This document shows, in pieces, positions 21,079-33,824 of a stretch of DNA of 64,000 bases. The notes beneath the pieces are model-generated. The model made no database searches. It had not been told where the DNA came from and was given only the letters and a program-made list of their open reading frames with translations. Position numbers and translations under genes: made by a program. This DNA comes from Caldisericia bacterium. GTDB taxonomy: Bacteria; Caldisericota; Caldisericia; JAAYUI01. Location of the stretch: the NCBI GenBank assembly GCA_963674785.1, contig OY771555.1, forward strand, positions 864,001 through 928,000. The letters run 5' to 3'. How positions within the stretch are numbered: the stretch's first letter is position 1; each line of letters begins with the position of its first letter.

Positions 21079-22170
21079 TTATTCATTCCTCCAGTTGCAT
21101 CGATAGATCGGGAAAAAACCAATCGATGTTGGATCAAAATCGAGTCTCCCCTGAGTATGCTCAAATTCGGTTTTAATTTCAATGATACGTTTGTAAGTTT
21201 CGGGATCATGAAGTCGATCAAAGATATAGAAGTCCTTTTCAAGACTTGAAAAATTCAGTTTGAATCTGTACGTTCCGTCATTACCTGCTGCTCCACCACC
21301 AAGCACAAAATACTTCAAACCCATCTGTTTGCATTTCCCCAACATCTTCCAGAAGAGGAAATTATTCGGGCGATAGTTTTGAAACTCTCTGTTTGTTGCA
21401 GAAAGGTATGAGTATCCAACTTCTCCACCCGTAAGAACAATCACGCTTGAAACAAGCTGCTCTTCAACGAATGCCCCCATGACAAAACAAAACTCCTCGG
21501 GGGTTTTCATCATGTTTTCAAAGAATATATCTGGATAGAGGTATCGTTCATTTGCCAGATGATGTTCCATTGTTTCTCTATAGAGAGGAATAAAATCTGT
21601 AAAACCATCAGGCGGAAGCAGTTTAACTTCAACCCCTCTGCTTTCAGCCTGTCGAAGTTTTTTTCTGCCTTCTTTTGATACTTCAGACAGAAGTTCCTCT
21701 TCAGATTTGGTCAGATCAACCCAAACAATTTGCCCAACCCTTCGAACGTTGTATCCCGAACCTAACACTATGTTGTTTTGAATTGGTTGGACTCTTCCAA
21801 ATTCGGTTATGATTTTTTTTTCTTTGCACCACGCACCAAACTCAGCGTTGAATTTTGAAATTATATCAAATGACAACTCATCACCAGTGCTATTTACAAA
21901 ACCACCGTATTCGGGGGTCGTGATGTCAAAAACCTCACCAAACTCAGAGGCGATTTTTTCACCAAATGGAAGTTCTGTAAGTGGTCTTATTAAAAAGGTG
22001 TAGAGAATGGTAACTCCATCATACTCACCCCAAACCCCTTCAAACCTATATGGATATGAGCCTTCCCAGATTGTTCCAAAATGTGGAGAACAATAGCAGT
22101 CAGCCCCAGATACTTTTTTTAGTACCTCTAACCATTCAGATTTATTTTGGGTTGTAAGGTGATGTAACAT
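21079..22170 (-). CDS. FemAB-like/GNAT N-acyltransferase
   Basis: TPEYGG, VDLT..RKKLRQA, YLSAT..PNNFL and LGGG..YRFK motifs. Confidence 0.8.
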   Translation of the reverse strand: MLHHLTTQNKSEWLEVLKKVSGADCYCSPHFGTIWEGSYPYRFEGVWGEYDGVTILYTFLIRPLTELPFGEKIASEFGEVFDITTPEYGGFVNSTGDELSFDIISKFNAEFGAWCKEKKIITEFGRVQPIQNNIVLGSGYNVRRVGQIVWVDLTKSEEELLSEVSKEGRKKLRQAESRGVEVKLLPPDGFTDFIPLYRETMEHHLANERYLYPDIFFENMMKTPEEFCFVMGAFVEEQLVSSVIVLTGGEVGYSYLSATNREFQNYRPNNFLFWKMLGKCKQMGLKYFVLGGGAAGNDGTYRFKLNFSSLEKDFYIFDRLHDPETYKRIIEIKTEFEHTQGRLDFDPTSIGFFPIYRCNWRNE

Positions 22171-22171
22171 A

Positions 22172-22696
22172 TTATTTCAGGAAATCAGACTTAAGTAACC
22201 CCATAATGATTACATCAACGAACTGGTTGTTTCTGAAATTATGCTCTCTGAGCTTTCCTTCTCTTATAAATCCTAGCCTTTCAAAGTGTTTTTGTGAGGG
22301 GATGTTTGTATCGAGTATATATACCCAAACCCGATTCATTCCGATTTCAGAAAAGGTGAAGTTAAGAAGGGAATGCGATGCATCATTTGCATACCCTTGC
22401 CCTCTATAGTTTTTGTCACCAATAAAAAGACCAAAACCACATTGTCTGTTTATCCAATCTATATCATATACTCCAATGTTGCCAATGTGTCTTCCGTCGT
22501 CGGCTTCAATTGCAAATCGTTTATTAACTTGGTCGTTTCTTATCGCATGAAGCCAGTCTTCTTCGTTTGTGTGTGATGTTGGCCAGTGCCATCCGATCAA
22601 CTGTTCCTGGATTTCCCAGTCGTTTCTCCATGCAGTCAATCTATCTCTGTCGCCCTTTTCAAGAGCTCTTATACGTGTTTTTTTCCCTGAAATCAT
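22172..22696 (-). CDS. GNAT N-acetyltransferase (RimJ/PseH-like)
   Basis: WRND, HIGNIG, YRGQGYA and GFIREGKLR motifs. Confidence 0.85.
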   Translation of the reverse strand: MISGKKTRIRALEKGDRDRLTAWRNDWEIQEQLIGWHWPTSHTNEEDWLHAIRNDQVNKRFAIEADDGRHIGNIGVYDIDWINRQCGFGLFIGDKNYRGQGYANDASHSLLNFTFSEIGMNRVWVYILDTNIPSQKHFERLGFIREGKLREHNFRNNQFVDVIIMGLLKSDFLK

Positions 22697-22783
22697 TGGA
22701 TAATCTCCTATAACCTATCCAATGTATCGGAATTTGACATTATCGCAAGTCTTTCCTTGTCAATATGCTAGCATATTGACGTC

Positions 22784-23143
22784 TTATAGCCCTCTTGGTG
22801 ACCTTGTTGATTTTGGTGGTTTTGTAAAAAGTGTTCTTATGATGTGCCTTATCGCACTTAGTGGGTGTACCCAGATCATTCGTGGTCCGGCATAACGCAT
22901 AACCCGCCGAACTAGTTCTCGTTTTTCTGGTTCAAAACAATGGATGGGGCATTTTTTACAAACAGGTTTCCTCGTACCAAATACGCAATTCTCTATCTTT
23001 TTTGAGGCATATGAGAAAAGCTCGTTGCATTTTTTGCAAATGTCGTCATTTTTTCGGTGAAACGAACTACAATAAATTTTAACCATTTGATAAATGGTAT
23101 CTATTTCTCTTTTCATGAATATTTCTTTGGATTTTTTTCTCAT
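22784..23143 (-). CDS. YgbA family (nitrous oxide-stimulated promoter) protein
   Basis: REIDTIYQMVKIYC..C..C.EL..YA..C..KPVCKKCPIHC..VMRYAGPRM..HP. Confidence 0.85.
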   Translation of the reverse strand: MRKKSKEIFMKREIDTIYQMVKIYCSSFHRKNDDICKKCNELFSYASKKIENCVFGTRKPVCKKCPIHCFEPEKRELVRRVMRYAGPRMIWVHPLSAIRHIIRTLFTKPPKSTRSPRGL

Positions 23144-23239
23144 TTTGTTTAGATCGTACTCTTTTGGATCAGATCGTCAAGATTTCCATCCAAAATTTTC
23201 TGAAAAACCAGATACTTTTTCCAAAAAATCACAAAGTAT

Positions 23240-23357
23240 TGTGGATAACGCAGGATTTATTGTGGATAAATTGACGCAATTTTTTGCCGGAAGTTTTGTT
23301 AAACCATTTTTTGGAATTCTTGTTAAATGAGTTGGGGATTATCCAAAATAATCCCCA
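23240..23357. promoter_or_regulatory. DnaA-box cluster (candidate oriC or DnaA regulatory site)
   Basis: Perfect TGTGGATAA at 23240-23248 and 23261-23269; TTATCCAAA at 23339-23347 inside the palindrome TGGGGATTA..TAATCCCCA. Confidence 0.55.
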
Positions 23358-23402
23358 TGAATAAATAAAAAATCGGATTTAATTTTGAAATAAAATCGGT
23401 GC

Positions 23403-23430
23403 TTGACATTAGCGGCTGGTTTGATATATT
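23403..23430 (+). promoter_or_regulatory. Sigma70-type promoter of the 23S-5S unit
   Basis: TTGACA (23403-23408), 16-nt spacer, TG-n-TATATT extended -10 (23425-23430); AT-rich upstream; boxA-like GTACCTTGAAAAC at ~23483. Confidence 0.75.
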
Positions 23431-23550
23431 TGTCATTCGTCTCGAGGGGGAAATATGTTCTTCTCTCAAGACTGCAAGAGTGGTACCTTGAAAACTATGT
23501 AGAAGATATTAAGAAATTAGCAAGTAGCTATTTCAGATAGAAAAAAATTA

Positions 23551-26546
<2,996 letters not shown>

Positions 26547-26639
26547 TAATCTAATTTTTTCTATCTAAAAGTACTTCTACATAGTTTTCTTGGGATCGCT
26601 CCCAAGTTGAAATTGATATTTAATCAACTGATTAAAGGG

Positions 26640-26757
26640 TTTTGGTGACGATGCAGTCCAGGAAACACCCGTTCTCATTCCGAACACGGCAGTTAAGCTG
26701 GACATGGCCGATGGTACTGTGAGGGAAGCTTTATGGAAGAGTAGGATGTCGCCAAAC
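26640..26757 (+). rRNA. rrf: 5S rRNA
   Basis: TTTGGTGAC..CACCCGTTCTCATTCCGAACACGGCAGTTAAG..GAGTAGGATGTCGCCAAA. Confidence 0.97.
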
Positions 26758-26795
26758 CCTTTTTTCTATTTCTAGAGAAAATATCAGAAAACTTG

Positions 26796-26830
26796 AAACC
26801 TCAACTCCGGTTGGGGCTTTTTTTATTTTT
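26796..26830 (+). terminator. rRNA unit terminator
   Basis: CCTCAAC-TCCG-GTTGGGG hairpin followed by a T-tract. Confidence 0.7.
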
Positions 26831-26935
26831 GGGCAAATCTTATTTCTATTTTTCTATCCCACTTCAAGTTTGTATTTCTCCAATTTATCTATATCTTATA
26901 ACTGTTGGATAGTGTTAGTTTGGAGGAGCAGACAG

Positions 26936-29074
26936 GTGAGAAAATCTTTAAAGATAGCGGTTGTAATAGTATTATTTTTCGGACTTTTGTTTAGTGTGAT
27001 CGGTGCTTTTTCTTTCGGGATGATAGTATCTGATACTCTTCCAGAGGATTATGGTAAATACAATATCCTCCAAAAGACTATTACCTTTTACAATAAAGGG
27101 ATTGAAATAATTAATGTTCCAATTGCAAGAAATGATGGGTTTATTTATTTTGCTGAAAGAGATAGGAAATCAAACTCAATTCACATAAAATGTCATGATG
27201 AGATAATGCTTAAAGAAGTTTGGAGCACCGATATAGGAGATGCTGATGTGTTCTCGATTACAGTTCATGATTTTTATCTCTTTTGTGTCGATCTGAATAG
27301 TGGTTTAATAATTTTAGGAAATAGAGATGGCGAAGTAATAAAGAATATTAATCTATGTGATGAGCTTGGAATAGATAATAAAAATGATGATTTTAAAGGG
27401 ATCATATGTACTCCTGTTCCCGTAAGCAGCAAAATCTATTGTAAATATGTACTTACCGATTCAAATGAGAATTCAACAATTGGGGTTGCATGTTTTTCCC
27501 AAGGTGATTTTTCAACCTTTTTTATTGAAGAATACCTCACTTCAGCAAACATCAGGAATTTCTCACCAACATTGTTTACAGATGGTGAATTTGCATATGG
27601 AATTTTTGAAACAACCAGAAATGATAACAAGCTCATCAGGATAAATCCGTATGGTGGAACAACAGAAATTATTATTGATGAGGATATTGAAGAACCTTTT
27701 TTCTACGGTGATTCTTTGCAGATAAAAGATAAGCATATTTATATTGTGATGAGAGATTTAATGTGTTATCTGCTTGATTACGATTTGGAAAGTGGAACTG
27801 CAAAAATATCGAGTACTTCATATATGGAGCTTGAAGAAGCGGAAACAAACGTTACAGATAAAAACGTTATCATTACAACATGCGGAGACATTTCTGTTTA
27901 TAGCAGGGAAAGCCTTAAGTTAATCCGAAAAATCTCAAATGTGAATTTTGATTTTTCTCCTAGGACTTTTATTAATAACACATATATTTATGTTCCTACA
28001 ATTGATATGACACTAAATCGTAATACATTTATTTCTAAAATTGAAATTGAGACCGGAGAGATTTTATTTGTGGATACTGGTGTGGAGATTACTAATCCAG
28101 AATTGTTTCTAATTGGCAAAAATGGTGTTTTCATCATCGAAGATAGTTATGAGAAAGGCTCTATTGTTTCAAATATCATCTCAAAATATAGCTATATTGA
28201 AGATTATGATTTAATTGCTGATATTTCGTCTGGCATACTTGACGGTGAGGTGAATGATCTCTGTGCCCATGAAATGAAACTCCAAATCGGTAATAGATAC
28301 TGGGCAACAAATGGATATATGATTGAAAAACCACTTGATATGGCACCGGTGGTAAGACATGACAGAACATTTATTGAGATAAGGTCTGTCACAGAAAAAG
28401 TTGGGGCTGAGATTTCATGGATTGCAAATGAACGTGCAGTTGTGATAAAAGGGCTAAAGGGCGAGGACATAAAGCTTAAAATCGGAAATCCTGTTGCCAC
28501 GGTCAATGGTGAAGAGGTGCAGATCGATGAGGCTGGAATCATACCTTTCATCGAAAATGGAAGAACCATGCTTCCGCTTCGCTTTGTGTCAGAATCACTT
28601 GGGCTTGTTGTAGGTTGGGATGCAAAGAAAAAGATAATAACTCTGCATTATGAAAATCCTGCTTGCAATCCTTGTAGTGTGAAGTTGAAAGGATTTGATG
28701 GAGAAACGTACAATACCTGCGAATTTCTGGGGGAACCAGTTTTGTTGAACTTTATTGCTGGATGGTGCGAACCCTGCATTAAATCATTTCCTGCATTGAA
28801 TAACATTTTTGATAAATATGGAGATGATATCCGTGTGATTTCCGTGGATATCGACAGCTGGGAAGAAATCGTGGAGATGACAAATGAACATGAAATCCCT
28901 TGGTTGCTGCTTGTTGATGACAATAGGGAGCTAGCAAAAACAATGGGAATCACAGCTATCCCAACATTTATTTTGTACGATTTGGAGGGCGAGGTGGTTT
29001 TCAAGGATGTTGGACTCAAGCCTGACACTGAGAAAATACTATCCGATGAAATCGAAAAACTCCTGAATCCGTGA
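26936..29074 (+). CDS. Surface protein: beta-propeller-like region + stalk domain + C-terminal TlpA/thioredoxin domain
   Basis: GGAGG RBS then GTG at 26936; N-terminal TM; GRTMLPLRFVSESLG; LLNFIAGWCEPC..AIPTFILYD. Confidence 0.8.
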   Translation: MRKSLKIAVVIVLFFGLLFSVIGAFSFGMIVSDTLPEDYGKYNILQKTITFYNKGIEIINVPIARNDGFIYFAERDRKSNSIHIKCHDEIMLKEVWSTDIGDADVFSITVHDFYLFCVDLNSGLIILGNRDGEVIKNINLCDELGIDNKNDDFKGIICTPVPVSSKIYCKYVLTDSNENSTIGVACFSQGDFSTFFIEEYLTSANIRNFSPTLFTDGEFAYGIFETTRNDNKLIRINPYGGTTEIIIDEDIEEPFFYGDSLQIKDKHIYIVMRDLMCYLLDYDLESGTAKISSTSYMELEEAETNVTDKNVIITTCGDISVYSRESLKLIRKISNVNFDFSPRTFINNTYIYVPTIDMTLNRNTFISKIEIETGEILFVDTGVEITNPELFLIGKNGVFIIEDSYEKGSIVSNIISKYSYIEDYDLIADISSGILDGEVNDLCAHEMKLQIGNRYWATNGYMIEKPLDMAPVVRHDRTFIEIRSVTEKVGAEISWIANERAVVIKGLKGEDIKLKIGNPVATVNGEEVQIDEAGIIPFIENGRTMLPLRFVSESLGLVVGWDAKKKIITLHYENPACNPCSVKLKGFDGETYNTCEFLGEPVLLNFIAGWCEPCIKSFPALNNIFDKYGDDIRVISVDIDSWEEIVEMTNEHEIPWLLLVDDNRELAKTMGITAIPTFILYDLEGEVVFKDVGLKPDTEKILSDEIEKLLNP

Positions 29075-29139
29075 CTCCAGATTGACTGTAAATTTTATCA
29101 GACATATAATAAAAACACTTAAGAAAAGGAGGTAGATTT

Positions 29140-29748
29140 ATGATTGATAGTCCAGTTAAGTTTGATATTGAGTATCCCGAGAAGTTATCGAGAGGAATCC
29201 TGCTTTTAAAGACATTCTTGGGGCAGGTTTATGTTGGAATCCCGCATATGTTCTGTTTGATGTTTTATGCAATTGCAATTGCATTTGTGCAGATTTACGT
29301 TTGGTTTGCCATTTTGTTTACTGGTAAATATCCAGAGAAGTCTTTCCATTTCATCCTCGGTTATTACAGGTGGTTATTCAGGGTGCTGGCATATTGGACA
29401 CTCATGATGACTGACAAATATCCTCCTTTCACAAACAAAGAAATCCCCGGTGACCCAGTAACATTCAACATTGAGTATCCAACAAACCTTTCAAAAGGAA
29501 TCCTTCTTCTAAAGACTTTCTTTGGGTTCATCTATGTTGGAATCCCTCATATGTTCTGCATCATGTTTTATGCTATTGCAGTCATGTTTGTGCAGATTTA
29601 TGTCTGGTTCTATATCTTGTTCAAAGGCAAATATCCAGAGAGTTCATTTGAATTTGTTAAAGGTCTGTATAGGTGGACAATGAGGGTCAATGCTTATTGG
29701 TCTCTCATGATGACTGATGTTTATCCACCATTTACGGGTAAGGTTTAG
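29140..29748 (+). CDS. DUF4389 membrane protein (two tandem repeats)
   Basis: Two copies of IEYP.LS.G.LLLK..IPH..WF.ILF.GKYP..RW..RV.AY..MTD.YPPF. Confidence 0.85.
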   Translation: MIDSPVKFDIEYPEKLSRGILLLKTFLGQVYVGIPHMFCLMFYAIAIAFVQIYVWFAILFTGKYPEKSFHFILGYYRWLFRVLAYWTLMMTDKYPPFTNKEIPGDPVTFNIEYPTNLSKGILLLKTFFGFIYVGIPHMFCIMFYAIAVMFVQIYVWFYILFKGKYPESSFEFVKGLYRWTMRVNAYWSLMMTDVYPPFTGKV

Positions 29749-29768
29749 ACTGAAATAAAGTTAGATAG

Positions 29769-30500
29769 TTAAGGATTTGTAGAGAGATGCCTGGTGAGGC
29801 TGGGCATCTCATCCCATGTTTTGCCGTGTAGGAGTCTTCCATTTTTCTTTTTATTGAAACCACCCCATTGTTTAAAGAAGAAATCTGTGTTGCTTCGGTG
29901 GCAAGCGACTTGTATTTCATCAATCCATTCTGTTTTAATGGGTCGTGATTTATAACCTGATTCTCCCCCAACAATAGCCCAGTCAATTCCATCAAGATTG
30001 GGATTTTCTACTCTCCCTATTAATGGTTCAAATGAAATAAACTTTACTTTTGCATCTGTGTTTTTTAGATGATCTAATCTGAATTTGTAATCATCGTTTT
30101 CGATACTTACTCCCATCCAGATGTTTTTTGACCAAGGAAGTTTCTTTGATAATTTTACAAGCCTTTCAGTTCTTTTGGTGAGCACTTGGAAAATATGTTG
30201 TTTTGCAAGATTCATTGTAACAAATACTCGTAAAATATACTCAAATGGAATATCCTTGTGAAACAAATCGCTCATCGAATTTACAAAAAAGATTGAGGGC
30301 TTTTTTCTTTTTAGAGGATAATCAAGAAGCTGCTCTTGAAGGGTTACTTCAAACCCATTTCTGTAGCTTGGGTTTCCCATAGCTTTAAGTCTTTTTGCCA
30401 TTTTCTCAGCATAACAATTATCGCAGCCAGGGCTAATTTTTGTGCAACCTGTCACGGGGTTCCAGCTGTTTTCTGTCCATTCGATTGTTGTTTTCGCCAT
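29769..30500 (-). CDS. DUF5131 / phage Gp37-Gp68 family radical-SAM-like protein
   Basis: IEWT..WNPVTGCTKISPGCDNCYA, FVNSMSDLFH, LTKR, WAIVGGESG and FFKQWGG motifs. Confidence 0.92.
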   Translation of the reverse strand: MAKTTIEWTENSWNPVTGCTKISPGCDNCYAEKMAKRLKAMGNPSYRNGFEVTLQEQLLDYPLKRKKPSIFFVNSMSDLFHKDIPFEYILRVFVTMNLAKQHIFQVLTKRTERLVKLSKKLPWSKNIWMGVSIENDDYKFRLDHLKNTDAKVKFISFEPLIGRVENPNLDGIDWAIVGGESGYKSRPIKTEWIDEIQVACHRSNTDFFFKQWGGFNKKKNGRLLHGKTWDEMPSLTRHLSTNP

Positions 30501-30509
30501 TTACCCCAC

Positions 30510-31598
30510 CTATTTAAATGTGATTATCCTTTTATCACCCATTGTGTTTTTTGGTCGTTTTTCTAAAGGTTTATCAACCTCTATCTTACCATCTTTTTCC
30601 AGTAGTATAAGGGCATCCTTATAATTTCTTGGAATATACCAGGTTCCAATGTTATGCATTTCAAAAATTTCTTTTGTTGTGAGTGTTTGACCTTTAAACT
30701 TTGTCACTAAGTCATTCATCAACTCATCTAATGGTTTTGATGTTTCAAACAATTGAGGAATGTTTCTTGAGTCTGGTTTAAATTTAAAGCTTGCGACTCC
30801 TTGAGTGATTTTATGACTAAACTTTGCCATAACCTCTTTCATGATCTTGTAACCAGTTTTATTTTTTGAAATAAAGAACAAATAATGGCTTGTTTTATCT
30901 TTGTCTTTATGTTCAAAGGAAAACGGTAAAATGAAATCTGAATCTAGTTTTTCTTTTATAGATTTTTGAAAAGTTTTTATTATGGTTGATTCTCTTTCTT
31001 GAACATCCATGTTGTGTATTTCTTTACGTAAAAAGTCAGCGTTTTCCTTCCCAAAAATGCTGTCAATGTGTTCAGAAACTATGGGATTTGTGATTGCCAT
31101 ATTGATTCGGTTATAATTAAAAAATAGAATGCATTCCGATCCATATGATTCTGTTAGTAGAGTAATAGCTTCAAGCGTTAACCCTTTGTATCCCCATGGA
31201 TCTAAGAAGCTAAGTTTTGGGCATTTGTATTTGGAAATCAAATCAATAATCAGTTCTCTAGAAACTTCATTATTTTCAATAATAGGTTTATGCTTTAATG
31301 TGTTTATACCGTTAATCTCAAAAATATTCTGTTTTAGCTCCTCTACGTATGTTTGATCAACATCATTAAAAAATGAATCAAAGCAATTTCTGAAATTAGA
31401 ATCAGCAATAACTTTATTGATAACCAATAGGGGAGTAGAATTTGATCCATCATCAAACTTACCTTTACCAGAAAATAGGTCTATATAACAAAACCTTTTA
31501 TGCTTTTTCATTACGTTAGCCCAAGCATTGAAGTATTTCTCAACAATAATTGATTTGATTAAAGAGTGCGGATCTTGTTCAATGAAGAATTCATTCAT
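30510..31598 (-). CDS. tcmP: Three-Cys-motif partner protein TcmP (methyltransferase-like + wHTH)
   Basis: HSLIK..Y..AW, YIDLFSGKG..GS.STP and FLDPWGYK motifs; adjacent to DUF5131. Confidence 0.85.
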   Translation of the reverse strand: MNEFFIEQDPHSLIKSIIVEKYFNAWANVMKKHKRFCYIDLFSGKGKFDDGSNSTPLLVINKVIADSNFRNCFDSFFNDVDQTYVEELKQNIFEINGINTLKHKPIIENNEVSRELIIDLISKYKCPKLSFLDPWGYKGLTLEAITLLTESYGSECILFFNYNRINMAITNPIVSEHIDSIFGKENADFLRKEIHNMDVQERESTIIKTFQKSIKEKLDSDFILPFSFEHKDKDKTSHYLFFISKNKTGYKIMKEVMAKFSHKITQGVASFKFKPDSRNIPQLFETSKPLDELMNDLVTKFKGQTLTTKEIFEMHNIGTWYIPRNYKDALILLEKDGKIEVDKPLEKRPKNTMGDKRIITFK

Positions 31599-31690
31599 TT
31601 GATGTTACCCTCCACCTATGTGGTTTATAAATATAGTATATCACAAATATATTCAACTTGCTGATCCAAGCCAAAAATAAAATGTCGCTT

Positions 31691-32806
31691 TTACTTGATC
31701 ATCTCCCCCAACCCCTCACCCGGAACCACATACCTAAACGTAGCATTATCATACGGTGAATAGTCCGGGGTAAGGAAGAATTCCCCAGGTATTGTGCCGG
31801 TCACACCAGAATAGCACATGCTGATGGTTGTAAATGGTTCAACAGACCAATCGGTGGTGTTCATGATGCCTACTGAATGGCAATCAGAGCTTATCGCTAC
31901 AAGCTGTTCGGGAATCTCAAAAACCTCACAAATTGGCATCCAGTCCGACTCAATTTTCTGATATGTGACGATGTTATCGAAAAAGCCGATCTCATCTTCG
32001 AACTTCACAAAAACTCTGTTTCCAGCGTGTATCGTCTCAAGAACTTTTTTGACTGGGGTTTGGGCTGTGCCGATGACCTCGCCGGTCATCTTATTGATGG
32101 TTGATACTTGATAGGTATTTCCTGTTACTCTCCATGCCCAGAAATAATCCTTGTTTTCAGCAAGTACAACTTTCCAGCCTGCAGGCGGTGCATCCCACGG
32201 AATTCTCCAAAGGTGATTACCGTCAACTGCAGAGATCCCATCAATCCAATAGCTTCCGCCTGACTCGGTTGGGATTATCAAAGCCTCAGACTCGAATCTT
32301 GGAGCTGGCATGCTGAGGATGCCGCTATAGTCGGAGTCAACAATCTTCCAAAGGGTCTTGGAATCAAGTGCAGAAAGAGCAAGAAGTGTGACTGGGTTTT
32401 TGTCGTAATCACTGTATTGGTCATAAGCAAGAATCAGGTTTTCACCGACTTTTCCGGCAATCCAGACTGATGACCCTGAAGGTGCTCTCCAGCCCCAGAG
32501 AAGCTCGCCGTCTTCGATGTTTACTCTTAAAATCAGGTGGTTATCGCCCTCGATAAAATATGAGTCCTCAATACATGTCCATCTCGGTCTTCTCGCACCC
32601 TGAATCTCTCTTTCCCAGACAACATCTCCAAAACCATCAAGAAGCCCGTATGTATCCTGTGCTGAGTATAGTGTGTATCCCCATGCGATCGGGATGAGCT
32701 GGGTTCTGTTTGTCTTTTTCCAAACCATCTGAGGAGTGGTATCATCACATGAGATAAAGCTGATGAGAACAATCAAAGCCATGAGCAGGGTCAAAGTTTT
32801 TTTCAT
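31691..32806 (-). CDS. Lipoprotein, probable PQQ-like beta-propeller
   Basis: Lipobox FISC; repeated ..DG.LLW / ..LWK / DGNHLWR blade motifs. Confidence 0.6.
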   Translation of the reverse strand: MKKTLTLLMALIVLISFISCDDTTPQMVWKKTNRTQLIPIAWGYTLYSAQDTYGLLDGFGDVVWEREIQGARRPRWTCIEDSYFIEGDNHLILRVNIEDGELLWGWRAPSGSSVWIAGKVGENLILAYDQYSDYDKNPVTLLALSALDSKTLWKIVDSDYSGILSMPAPRFESEALIIPTESGGSYWIDGISAVDGNHLWRIPWDAPPAGWKVVLAENKDYFWAWRVTGNTYQVSTINKMTGEVIGTAQTPVKKVLETIHAGNRVFVKFEDEIGFFDNIVTYQKIESDWMPICEVFEIPEQLVAISSDCHSVGIMNTTDWSVEPFTTISMCYSGVTGTIPGEFFLTPDYSPYDNATFRYVVPGEGLGEMIK

Positions 32807-33720
32807 TTTGTCAGTTCTTTCAAATTATAGGTTTTTTCTGGTTCAGAGTCATACACATTTCCGAGCTGGATGATGTTTCCGATTCCAGAAACGATTGTCT
32901 CGCCTTCTATGTCTGAAACCTTGTTATAGCCTGTCCAGGGTTCGATTTTTTTCTTCTCGGTAATTTTTCCGTCACTGTCAATCTCAAGTAGCATCCCGTC
33001 CTCATAGATTATCAAGAGTTTATCATCAATTGTGGAAAGGTGTTTGATTGGCTGGTTTTCTCTTGGGGTAATGAATCTGTCTTCTTTCCAGGGCATATCA
33101 ACCGGAAAAACACGATCATAATCTGCAAACCAGGTAACATCTTGTTCTGTGCAAACTGCTGATGAGAAAAACCTTACATAATCAAGTCCTGTGAAACTTC
33201 CTGACATATCGTCCCTATACTCAACATCAAGTTTTTCCCCTGTGAAGAAATATCTGTCCCCATGCGAGTTTTTAAAAACTGTGACACCCTCAAGATCCTC
33301 ATCAATCATTGAATCCATCGACTTGTAGTCTGAACCAAAAACAGTTTTTGTCTCCTCTTTCAGATCATAGATGGTCAACTCGCCATCAACAAAGTCTATT
33401 CCGTCTATTGATGTATTACCGATAGATAGAGTTTGTAATAGAATGTCTTTATTAGTATCAATAATAAATATATTTTTTTTATTAGTTGCAACGACTTTAC
33501 CTTGCTTCTGGAAATATTCGATATGTTCTATTGATGAGAAGGGTTTAGGTACGACGAAAAAAACAATGACCACGATGATAAATAAAACAATTACGGAAAC
33601 CCAAAGCCCTCTCGCTTTCCCTTCGAGACTCGCAACAAAGTTGGATTTATCAACCAGTTTTGCATCATGCCAGAGTTCCTGCTCTGTCCTTGTTTCATCT
33701 TTTTTTATCTCTTGCTCCAT
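32803..33720 (-). CDS. Single-TM hypothetical protein
   Basis: 305-aa ORF with RBS and one TM helix; overlaps the next gene by ATGA. Confidence 0.6.
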   Translation of the reverse strand: MEQEIKKDETRTEQELWHDAKLVDKSNFVASLEGKARGLWVSVIVLFIIVVIVFFVVPKPFSSIEHIEYFQKQGKVVATNKKNIFIIDTNKDILLQTLSIGNTSIDGIDFVDGELTIYDLKEETKTVFGSDYKSMDSMIDEDLEGVTVFKNSHGDRYFFTGEKLDVEYRDDMSGSFTGLDYVRFFSSAVCTEQDVTWFADYDRVFPVDMPWKEDRFITPRENQPIKHLSTIDDKLLIIYEDGMLLEIDSDGKITEKKKIEPWTGYNKVSDIEGETIVSGIGNIIQLGNVYDSEPEKTYNLKELTK

Positions 33721-33824
33721 TTTTTACCTCAAAAGTCATTCTACAAAGAAATATATAAAAATCCATTGAATAATGTTTCTAAGCAAGCTTGAAATCAAAT
33801 GATAAAAATGTGATACTTCAACCC

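Noticed and set aside
205-22576. Numerous plus-strand ORFs in the left third
   Set aside because: Antisense shadows of well-supported minus-strand genes.
29769-31598. Prophage
   Set aside because: Despite the Gp37/Gp68 family name, there are no integrase, structural or replication genes nearby.
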